A DNA stretch of 64,000 bases, taken from the NCBI GenBank assembly GCA_002633005.1, contig NMRA01000635.1, forward strand, positions 174,344-238,343, in the 5' to 3' direction. Every line of letters begins with the position of its first letter. The stretch's first letter is position 1. The stretch is from Phoronis australis. Lineage: Eukaryota > Animalia > Phoronida. The translations under genes were made by a program, and so were the position numbers. Positions 12,301 to 24,300 of the stretch are shown here, piece by piece. The notes under the pieces are model-generated. The model had not been told where the DNA came from. It was given only the letters and a program-made list of their open reading frames with translations, and searched no databases.

Positions 12301-15300
12301 GCATCAAAACATTTTAGAATACAAATATGCTGTTTTTAGATAGTCACCAACACAACACCTCTCAGTTTCTGTATTATTTGATAGGAATGAAATTGATTTA
12401 AAATTCGTTGAAATTTTAGGGTCCAATTTAATTTTGTTTAATTAAAAATGCATATTATCATTTTTTGTCATTTTGTGTGCAACTTAAGATTGTGAAAACA
12501 TTGATTTTACTTGGAAAAAAAGATTAATTTACATAACCTCACTGGTTTTTAAATAAATAACGAAATACTCTGAAAAAGACTAGTTTTCTGGTTTTTGCTC
12601 ATTTTGAATTCATTTGTTTTGCAAATTTCATTTTTTAGAATGATTTCAAAATCTTTTGAAGCAAAAGAAACATGTTCACTAAACCATAGTAATTCTTGAA
12701 GGGTTTTGTCATTTTCAAGGTAATAAGTTGCTGTCTTTTTAAAACATCACTTGTTCAACTTGGCTTCTGGGGCAAAAATGTCCGGTCACAAGTCGAAAAA
12801 AAACGATGGTGAATTTTTCAATTTTTGTTGTTCTTGTTCGTGCAAAATATAATAATTTGTGGTTTGGTGTCTATGCCATGTTGTTAACCTACTTGCAAAG
12901 GACTCTCCATCATGTTTTAAGAGCACTGTGAGCTATGGATTCCCAAATATAGTTATCTAAACTTGCCATTTTCTGTGGCCTGAAATTTCTGGGTGCCGTT
13001 TGCTTTTAAAAACGCCATTTTTGAGGCTCTAAAATTCAAATAACTTGAGAACCACCGAACTGATTTTAAAAATTCAAAAAGTTTTATAAACGGCATGTCT
13101 AAAGCTATCATTTAACACTCTTTTCAAGTGTTTCTGATGAAATTTGTATTTGGGTTTGCTCACCCTATCATTAGCAAGGTTTTCAGGATGATCAACCTCT
13201 TCTCTTGTTCGTCAGTGGTGACCAGTGGCATGAAAATGCAGGACTAGGACTAGTACATTATTTTTTACTGTTCCTGACCTGAGCAGTGAGGTCCAAAAAT
13301 ACCTAAGCACGGCTTTGCTTTGGTTGAACCACCACACACTGTGCAATGGTTCCACAGCAGGACACATGTAATGTGTCTATGTTGTAGCGATGAATCTTAT
13401 TGTACTGTATTGCTGATATTACCCAACCCTTTCCTAGGGCGAATGAACGGGAGCGCCACCAGGAAGGTGAACTCCAGATTTTCTTGCATACTTGTCATGG
13501 ACTTCATTGGTGTCTCATCTGTATTACCACGATACAACTTGTTACAAGTGAACACATCACAAGGTTTTCTCTCATAATCGTGCAGCTCCTAAACCACCAC
13601 AGCACCACCATAGCATATGTGCCGTCCAAGGTCCGTGGGTACTAGTTGGCAATGCTTCTTTAGTATATCGTACCAAGATTACATGTCCCAGGAATCAAAT
13701 GAGCAACCCGACAAGACAGCAATTAAGCGTGCTAAGCATTCAGCTAATAGACAATTTCCATTAGTAAGTGACTGTCAGAGGCTTATATTCATCTGAAGCA
13801 AATCAACAACAGTATCAACTCACTTAGGTCCAAACCATGTTGTTTTGATGCATTTGGGTTATCATAGGTCCAAACCACGTTCTTTTGGTGGAGTTGGGTT
13901 ATCATAGGTCCAAACCACATTCTTTTTGTGTAATTGGGTTATCATAGGTCCAAACCACATTCTTTTTGTGTAATTGGGTTATCATAGGTCCAAACCACAT
14001 TCTTTTGGTGGAGTTGGGTTATCATAGGTCCATACCACGTTCTTTTGGTGCAGTTGGGTTATCATAGGTCCAAACCACATTCTTTTGGTGTAGTTGGATT
14101 ATCATAGGTCCAAACCACATTCTTTTGGTGGAGTTGGGTTATCATAGGTCCATACCACGTTCTTTTGGTGTAGTTGGATTATCATAGGTCCAAACCACAT
14201 TCTTTTGGTGCAGTTGGGTTATCATAGGTCCAAACCACATTCTTTTTGTGTAATTGGGTTATCATTGGTCCAAACCACATTCTTCATGTCCTGAGCACAT
14301 CCACTACCACAAGAAACTAGAGGAACATGGCATTTATCCACCTTCACTCTTATCAGGCTTCTATTGTGAGTCAGCATGCGTGAATAATTGGCTGATAAGT
14401 CACCTATGAAACTACTTTTGGCTGAATGGATGACCAGGCCATAAAATGATAAATAGCCAAGACCTTGCTGCATGGAATAGTTAATACCTTCATGGCAATT
14501 TTGAAAGAGTGGGCATCTTCTGCTAGTCTTTCGCTGAAAGTGTGTTAAAAAACTTGGTTCACTGACCTCTGATTTTCTGGATTAAGCATACATTAAAATT
14601 CAAATTTGCAACGTTTTCAGTTCCACTATCATTATGCTATTGAAACAAGCAAAAATTGGCAACAATCCCTACAAGCAAGAAAGAATATCTCGTAGCATCA
14701 CCTGGCCTTGTTGGAAAGCTGTATACTGTATTGACCCTAATCAACGCCCCGGGCGCTTTGAAAAACTCATTTCACGGAGGGGATGCTTATTGTAAGGCAT
14801 TTGAAACCCGGTTTCCGAAACGGGTAAAATCGGAAGCTAGAATTCATCAAATTTACGCTCTGTGATGTATTTGTAGCCTATGACAGTCTTTCTACAAAAC
14901 TGTAGTGCATTGCTATCAAACTCCGTTGTTAAAATACGATCATTTTTAGAAAAAAAAATGTGCTGAAATCCCAGGGCAAAAAACTTTCCGACTGATAAGT
15001 CGCTAAATTGTCAATAGGAAAACTTGAATTCTTGAATAAAAACAAAGTTTCGACAAAACAAATTACCTGAAATCCTCCTTGTTTTACAATTTTTTAAGTT
15101 CATGTGGAGTCCAGATTAATTGGGATTAAGTCCAAATCTGCGCTACATCGTACCTCACAACACGAGAAAAATCTCTGGATGAACACACATGTTGTTGTCA
15201 CGTGACGTTTGTTTTGAAGTTCGTCTGCATATGAGAGTGAGTGTGCGAGCGCGTGCGGGTCATCGACAACAGACTTTGTTACAAAAGGCGGAGGATTATG

Positions 15301-18300
15301 CAAGAAAATGGCGTTTATTAGATTGTTTTTCGCTTAAACGGCTGCAGCATGCAAGGTGAGTGCCGGTGAACTCACACATTTGTGTGCACAGGCCGACGGT
15401 CGTTAGCTCAACCGTGGAATATAACATTAATAATCCTAGGCTTGATCTACATGTACATGGGTGACAAGCTGAACTATGCGGGCTGTGTGAAATTTCTGGG
15501 TCTAATGGAGACACTGTCGCAGTGGTATCTATAGTTAGCCAGCTCGCTGTATAAAGACTATTGTCAAACTTCAAATTCGTTTTATCGTTTCCGTCAATAA
15601 TAACGGCATGCTAAAGTTTCTTAATGTTCGTACTTCAGGAACATGATGATCCCGTGTTTTGTACACATACACGCACTACGCAGATCACATCTCGGAAATT
15701 GCCGATTTGACGGATGACAATGAATGAGCACAATGAAATTAAACAACGTCATTTTACAGCTTGTAAGATTCATAATAAACGTATTTTGAATATTGCAATG
15801 CATGTGTTCCAAAATCTTAATAACTTGGGTCCTATATTTTTGTATTAGTGCACGCCGAATGAAAGTAATCGTGAGTGTTGCTGTGTTGCTAAATCTCTTA
15901 TTCTGGGCCAATTTGAAAAATTCAAAGTTGTACCTACATTTTTTTCTCTCCTCTTTTCAAATATTAAACTCAAAACTACGTAAAACGCTCTCCATAAAAG
16001 TACGGTCATCTAGGCTAGGTTGTAATCAGCTGATCGTATCTGCATGAGCGAAGCCAATTATCCTCGCTCGTGACTGGATGAATAGAGCTGCTAGGCGGGA
16101 TCCCTTTGATCGTGAGCTGAGCGCAACACAGCCAAGGTGGATAAATATGGTCTAGTTCAATTGGCCAAACCCCACCGTTTTCCCTGAGCGGCGGGGTTTG
16201 GGGCTATCTTATTTAGTGGGAATGTTTTGGCATGTTTTTGTGCAGTTGGGTGGTCATAGGTCCAAACCACATTCTTTTGGTGCACTTGGGTGGTCATAGG
16301 TCCAAACCACGTTCTTTTGGTGCAGTTGGGTTATCATAGGTCCAAACCACATTCTTTTTGTGCAGTTGGGTGCTCATAGGTCCAAACCATGTTCTTTTGG
16401 TGTAGTTAGATGATCACAGGCCAAACCAGGTTTTGTTCCATGTAGTTGTGTTATCATAGGTCCAAACCAGGTTGTTTTGGTGTAGTTGGGTGATCACAGG
16501 CCAAACCAGGTTGTTTTGGTGTAGTTGGGTGATCACAGGCCAAACCAGGTTGTTTTGGTGTAGTTGGGTGATCACAGGCCAAACCAGGTTGTTTTGGTGT
16601 AGTTGGGTGGTCATAGGTCCAAACCATGCTCTTTTGGCAATTGCATTCATTTTCTTAATTGTTTTTCCAGAAAATAGCCCTGCAGTTTAAAGCTCAACTG
16701 GTTAATGTTACAAATGTGACCCCTGTTGGTGAAGACTTCAGGTGGTATTTGAAGGTTTGTTGAAGTTTGAAAAGAGCTCCACATCTTGTTTTATGTTTAA
16801 ATGATTACCTTGGTGGTAGACTGGACTGTTTTAGCAAAATATCAGGTTCTTGTTTAACACTCATTTATATTTTTTGATACATAATTTGTCCAGTTCTTGT
16901 CATACGTGAACACATTGAAGTAATCAATCATTAAAAGTTTTGTGGGATAACACAACAGCTTTCTCAGTTTGATAATAGCTTTGCTGTGGCCTTGTGTATT
17001 TTGTTGCTGCCCATCTGTGCACTGCTTACTTATCAAATCACGTGTATCTTAGACAGTACAAGGCTCCATGCTTCATATAACGTCAAATCGCCAAATGTAA
17101 TGTGGCGTGATTTCCAGGAATGGAGCTCACAAAAACGAGCTCACCAAAACAAGGAAGCCCCGTATGTGGCAATGTTGCTGTTCAAGGTGACTAGAACAAT
17201 AAAGCTACCTTGTGTGCACAGCAACGGCCGATTTCCTCGGTACACATTGCGTGTGCATGCATCGTGATAGGCCCGATTCCGACTCTTGTTTGTTTATTTC
17301 TTGTTGTAATTCAGGCTTGTTCTCAAATGTGTCTTGAAGGTAACTGATTTCATGAAATAAGTAGAATAATTGGGAACCAAAGGTATGGTATTGGGAAAAA
17401 ATGTTATTAATTTTGAAAGTTTGGAAGTCGTCACAAATTTCAAAGTCAATTGCAGGTGAATTTACCCTAGTTCTTACGACACAAAAATCTTGTGACTTCA
17501 TAGAACTTCTACCATCCTACTAAAACATTGAGGTTGCATTAGGGAACAAATTAAATTATAAGAACTTCAACATTTTGTTTTCAGTTGAAATGTGTGAACT
17601 GTGGCGAAGAACCTGACCATTACCAGTATTTGACATTATCAGTAAGTCTTCTACATTTAGCAGTTTTAACACCAAAGGCCAGATTTCATTAGCATTTCAA
17701 GAAGGTAGTCTTTTTCTATTTGCTTTCACACTGTGCTTCTAAAGAACTTGTAAGGGGACATTACCTTTCTTGAAGGCATTTTTATGCGCCCACATATTTA
17801 TATATGGGTGCATATTGTTGTCATCTCTGTCTGGGCATCTGGCGTCTACAGCTGTATCTCCTAAACCCCTCAAAGGATCTCGGTGAGTTTTGGCAGATGT
17901 GTTCCTATGAAGCTGATCACGGATGGCTACGAATTTCGGACCTCTCCAACTACCGGTGTGCCCCTAGTGGCACTTTTAGTATTTTACCTCTGTACATTCG
18001 GTGGTCCTCAACAGATTTTCATAAACTTTGGCAGATAGCGGAGAGGGAATATATGCAGATTTGCAAAAATGGAGCACTCTGTGACAAGTTTTTGGAATTG
18101 GTACAATGTTAGGTATGAACAAACTAGGAAATTCAAAAAACTCTGCAAACAAAGTGTGCTGACCCCCTGGTGGTCGGTACATGCAAAATTATGGCCACCG
18201 CCGAAAATGGAAATTGGTGTTTCTCGGCTACTATTATCACTAGAGCAAATTCTAATGTGTTTTCAGTATTTTTGGGGGTGAGGAGTTCATTTCTGGTATC

Positions 18301-21300
18301 AGTTTTATGTTTTGAGGTCAATTCAAAATGATACTTTGAATGCAAATGCCATTCCCAAATGACTCAAAATTATGTGTGTCCTCATAGAAGTTACTTTGTT
18401 TAATTAATGGGTATATCGATGTGATTCGCCGCACAAAATCCTAAAATTACCATTTTCCAAACTCAGATTTGCACAAAACAGGATTTGTCCAGCTGACTGT
18501 GACAATACTTCTAGACTGAGACATAGAAACATAGATACTTTATTAGCAACTGAATGAACAGAATTGTCTACCAAATGCTGCTGACTGCTAGTTTGTATCA
18601 TGTACTTATAAAGCAATCAGACATTGAGAAGATGAAATGTCAAGTTTAAGAGTTATTGCTAGTGCAAGCACCTTCACATTTGCTTAATGTGGTACACTGG
18701 GGTTCAGCTCTAGGACACTCATTTACCTTTGCTGGCAACAGCGCAGCCATAATGGAGAAGTAGGGAACACGCCTAGCTTACAGCTTCCAGATCTATCCAA
18801 TAAGGTGTCCATTTTTAGTTGTAGCATTCCTTTCCCAACCCCATTGACCTGGGTTTGGTATCTGGGTTTTTTTGGCAAGGGACTGTTTCGAAATGAAAGC
18901 TGCAGCGAGTAAGGCACGCTTAACATGTTGGAATATAGCATGCTGTGTTGGTAGGGATTCTAGAATCTTGAGGTCATGGGTGAACAGAAGCTTTCCTGCT
19001 TCATTCTCAGAATATATATTGAAAACATGGTCTTGTGCTCTAGTGATAATGTCCGAGATATGCCAATTTCCCTTTTTGTGCGTAGCAGCCACGAGGGGGT
19101 TTGCACAGTTTCTTTGCGGTGTTTTAATGTTTAACCTATCCTTAACATTATACCAATTTGCAAAACTTGTCACGAAGTGCTCGATTTTTTGGATTTGAGG
19201 TACTTTGCGCCAGTAGCCATTTTTACTGCTGTTTTCAAGTCTGTTTTTTGGCGTCCAACTCTCTATCAACCAAACCACTCTGAGGATGATTGTGAAAATT
19301 TGGCTGACGAGGCTTTTCCGATGACGTCTACTACTGCAGTGGCGAATTTAAGGGGTGGGGGGCCTAGAGGGCCATGGCCCCCTCTAAAATTCCCCTAGAT
19401 TCCATTTGGCAGTACGGGGTACGGATGTCTGACGGACAAAATCCTGGCTAATACTCTGCCCTGGCCCCGCTAACTCAAAGTCGGGGATCCTCCCCTGTAC
19501 TGTAGCACCTCCTAGGGGGAAGTTTTGTTTGTTTTTTGCGCTCATGGCTATATCTCCTAAACACTCTGTAAGATCTTTTATTAATTTAGTACGTGTATTA
19601 ATATGAAGTTGACAACAGATGATGACGACTTTCGGAAAGATCGGACTACGGGTGTGCCCCCTAGTGGCAATCTTATTTTTTATGTTTACCTTTGTATCTT
19701 CAAACTTCCTCTGCAGATTTTCATAAAATTTGGCAGATAGGCATTTATCGGTGAGCTGACACTATGAATGGATTCCAGGTATTTTACACCACCTAGTGGC
19801 CATTTTTTTGTTTTCAAGTTTTTTGGTGCCTGCCCCTCTGTCAACCAAACCACGCTAAGGATGATTCTGAAAATTAGTATATATATTGAACTTCCTACTG
19901 TGAAGAGTAGGACTGACGTTGATTTTCCGTCAAATTTGAATACTGTGGCACCTCCTACTGGCAATTTTGTTTGTTTTTATGCCTATGGCTGTATTTCCTA
20001 AATGCTTCACAGACTCTTTATTAAATTTAGCAAGTGTAACGATGACTTTCGGATGGATCGGACTGCTGGTGTGCCCCCAAGTGGCAATTTTCATTTTAAC
20101 GTTTACTGCTGGCGTCTGCAGCTGTATCTCCTAAACCCCTTGCAGGACCTTTATGAAATTTGGCAGATGTGTTCCTATGAAGATGGCAACAAACGGCAAT
20201 GGATTTCGGATGGATCTGACTACCCTTGTGGCCCATAGTGGCAATTTTAATTATTTATGTCTACCTCTGTATCTTCAAAGGTCCTCAAGGGATTTTCATG
20301 AAACTTGGCACATAAGCATCTATTAATGCGATTATCATATCCTCCCATTTTGGGATGGATTCAAGGTATTTTTTTGCCACGTAGTGGCCATTTTTACTTT
20401 TACAAGTCTGTTTTGGTGTCCTCCCGTCTACCTGCCAAATCACTCTAAGGATGATCATGAAAATTGGCATGTATGTTCTTAGTGTGAAGGAATGATTGAC
20501 GATGACTTTCCAACGACTTCTGCTACTCTGGCTCGTCCAAGTTACTTATTATTTATTTTTATTAATGTAATATTTACAATGAGGGTAACCCCATCAGTTC
20601 ACACTGCTTTCCATGGGGGCCCTCAGTAAAAAACAAACAGATAATGAGACGAAAACAGAATTACAAAATGAAAGACAAATTTAAGTAATAAGCAAAGAAT
20701 AAGAAATTAACATGGAAAGACTGATGAAGCAAAATAAAAAATAAAATATGATAAATAAAAGATAAAGAAATTAAGACAAGATAATTTACTAAAAATAAAA
20801 AAAATAAATATGAATATAAAAAAATTGAAACAGACAATAAATAATTAATAAAAGTAAGACATTATATCAATAAAAAATGAATAAACATGCAATTCTTAGA
20901 CACTACATTGAGTCAAATCTATTTCTTATAATTCTTTTAAAGGTTAGAAAGGATGATGTAGATTTGGCGTCTGCAGGGAGAGAGTTCCATAAAAGGGGCC
21001 CACTGTAGGAAAATGATTTTTTCCCAGTATCGCTTCTGCGTTTAGGAAGATTGAAATCAGATGATGATGAGGACCTAGTATTGTAGCGATTAGTAGTCAT
21101 CTTAAACTTAGCACATAAATAAGATGGGGCAAGACCTTTAAAACATACAACAAGCAGAAAGGAATTGATGTCTTGTCAGAATTTTCATTATACCAGTCTC
21201 TATGAAGGTTTTCGATACTAATATCTCTTAACACCAGCTCCCAGAATAATCTGGGCAGCCCTACTTTGGATACCCTAGATGGTTTTCATATCCTTGCCTG

Positions 21301-24300
21301 ATGCAATACCCCACATCGGGAGGCAATAATCTAGGTAAGGTTGAATGATAGTATTAAAAAGGGTTTTCAGTGTTGCTCTGTTAACGAATTTACTGATGAG
21401 TTTCAATACGCCGATTTTCTTAGACACCTTTTTCGAGATATAATCAACGTGGTGAGAGAATTTAAGATTTTGATCATATATAAGTCCCAGATATTTAAAG
21501 GAATTGACGTTCTCAATTGGTCTTCCATCCATAGTTAATGACAGGGTTTGGTTTCTAAGTCTTTGGGATGTGCCAAATAGAAGAGTTTTAGTTTTAGAAA
21601 CATTTAAAGATAGTTTATTGATACAAGCCAATCTGAAATGATTGTTAAATCAGAGACGAGATTGGCCTGGATTTCAGATGAGGTTCTTCCTGCAGACAGT
21701 ATTGTTGTGTCAGCCGCATAGAGAACAATCTTAGAATTTTGAATTACTGAGGGAAGATCATTGACAAAGATGCAAAATAGCAAGGGCCCCAGTATAGACC
21801 CCTGGGGAACACCTGTTTTAACGGTTTTGAGATCAGAGATATCTTTGCCGACACGGGTAGCTTGAGTTCTGTTACAAAGATAATCCTGAAACCACTTGGC
21901 TTCCACACCAGTGACCCCATAGGCTTTAAGCTTCTTTAACAAGATAGTGTGGTCGACGGCGTCAAATGCTTTCCTTAGATCAATAAAAACAGTACCAGTC
22001 AATAATCCTTGATCCATATTAGAATAAATATGGTCAGTGACGTCAATGTTAGTAGTTAATGTTGAATGGAGTGGTCGAAAACCAGACTGGGCATCAGTCA
22101 AGAGGTTGTTAGTTTGGAAGTAAGAATGAAGTTGTTTGTGGACCCATTTTTCAAGGATTTTTGATATCGATGGTAGAATTGAAATGAGTCTGTAATTTTT
22201 GCAGCATGATTTGTCACCGTCTTTGAAAAGTGGAGTAACAACGGCGGATTTCCACTCTGATGGTATGGTTGATGTTTTCAGTGATAAATTGATCAGTGAA
22301 GTAATGGGCTGAGAGATTGTCTCAGCAGATAGTTTAAGGATTTTAGTACTGATGCCATCAAATCCAGTAGCAGAATTGCCATCCATTGATTTGAGTTGGT
22401 GGCAAACAAACTTAGCGTCAACCTCGTGGAATTTAAAAGCTATATCTTCGCTGACCTGGGGTGGAAATAAGTGACTAGTGTTTCCAAATTGTCGTGCTAG
22501 GTTATGGCCCGTATTCGTGAAAAAGTCGTTAAAAGTATTAGCCATGACTGCGTTATCAGATGTCATGCCGTCATTCGTTTTCAGTTCAGCGATATTAGTG
22601 TTCAATTTCCCTGGTAAAACAGACTTTATAATTTTCCATAAGGATTTACCATCTGATTTGTTGTCATTAATTAACGTATTATAATAATCTGCCTTGGCCT
22701 GTTTTGTTGCCTTATTGGTTAGATTACGCGCTGTTTTGAATTTGTTCCAGTTACAAGTATTACGCGAACGTTGGGCTATACGTTTAAGATAATCACGTCT
22801 GCGAGACAATAAAATTAGCTCCTCGTTGTACCAAGGAGGCGATTTACCTTTGATTCTAATTTGGATAATAGGTTCATGTTTATCCAAAACATCACAGAAA
22901 GTTTTCTTAAATTCAGTCGACAAAGCCTCAGGATCACCACTTGATGCTAACGTCGCCCAGTCGATGTTATGTAGATCGTTAACAAAAACAGAACGATCAA
23001 AGTTATGGTACGAGCGGTTAGTTATTGTCCGAGGTGGAGTTTTTGGGCGTACAGATTTGTAACAGTTTTGTTTTTTGTTGCCATAGCTGTATCCTAAACC
23101 CACTGCAGAATCTTTGTTGAAATTAGCAAATTAGTATATTTATACAAAATTGACAATGGAAGATGTCGACTTTCGGACGTATCTGACTAACAGTGTACCT
23201 TTGGTGGCAGTTTTATATTTTTACGTTTACCTCTTTATTTTCAAAAGTCCTGAGTGGATTTTCATATAATGTGGCAGATAGGCATCTATTAGTGAAGTGA
23301 CATTTCCACCTTTTTTTGATGGATTTGAGATATTTTGTGCCATCTAGTGGCCATTTTCAAGTTTGGTAACATCCGTCCCTCTGTCAATGAAACCACTCTA
23401 ACAGTTGGCATATATGTTCATACTGTGAAGAGGTCTGGCGGACTTCGACTACTGTGGTTCCTCCAAGTGGTATCCCATAATTGTATCTCCTATACTCATT
23501 GCAGGAAGGGCTTAGTGTATTTATGTGAAGTTGACAACGGATCCGACGATCGATTTGCCAACTCTATGTTTTCCTCTGTTTCTCTGACGTTCCTTGACGG
23601 ATTTTTATGAACTGTAAGGAATAGCTTCCTATTAAAGAAAGGATGACATTTTTTGTTTACGGATGGATTCGACGTATTTTGTGCCATATAGGGGCCACCT
23701 TTACTGTTTTCGAGTCTGTTTTTTTAATGTCTGCTCCTCTATCAACCAAACCACTACAAGGATGATTGCTAAAATTGGCTGATATATTCTTAGCATAAAG
23801 ACTACGATTAACAGTGATTTTCTGATGGCTTTGACAACTGGAACCTCCTATTGGCATTTTTGGTATCAATAAGTGTATCTCCTAAACACACTGTCGGATC
23901 TTTATTACATTTAGTAAGTGTATTTTTGAAGTTGACAACAGAGGATGGCGACTTTAAGATGGATCCGATGATTGCTGTGCCCCCTGGTGGCAATTTTATT
24001 TTTCTCCGTTTTTCTCTTACTGTGAAGCTCCTTGACGGATTTTTATGAAATTTGGTAAATAGCTTTGTATTAAAGAAACGATGACATGTTACTGTTTTCA
24101 GATGGATTTGACATATTTTGACCATTTTTAGGGTAAAAATAAGCACAGTGTTTGTGGTGCATTTGTTGGTGCATTTCACATCTCCTCATTGCTCTTGTTA
24201 TAAAAATCGACTGAAAAGATTCAAAGTACTCTCTATATTAAAGGCGAAGGCAACCTTTTTCCATGTCATTTTGAGCTAAAATAAGGTTGGTTGGTTATCC

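Larger units (their letters stand above)
17779..24199 (+). mobile_element. Helentron-associated interspersed element (HINE/DINE-1-like), copy A, with internal tandem array and nested insertions
   Basis: 5' tttttatgcgcccac followed by a partial inverted copy (atgggtgcata); 3' gcac...gtgc hairpin, subTIR gttggtgcattt and ctcttgtt end; T-rich insertion site; internal ~130-165-bp subunits; homologous to 33123-34630. Confidence 0.72.

Noticed and set aside
15349-15361. ATGCAAG|gtgagt as the CZIB first exon
   Set aside because: Phase 1 is incompatible with the phase-0 exon at 16671, and it lies within a repeat.
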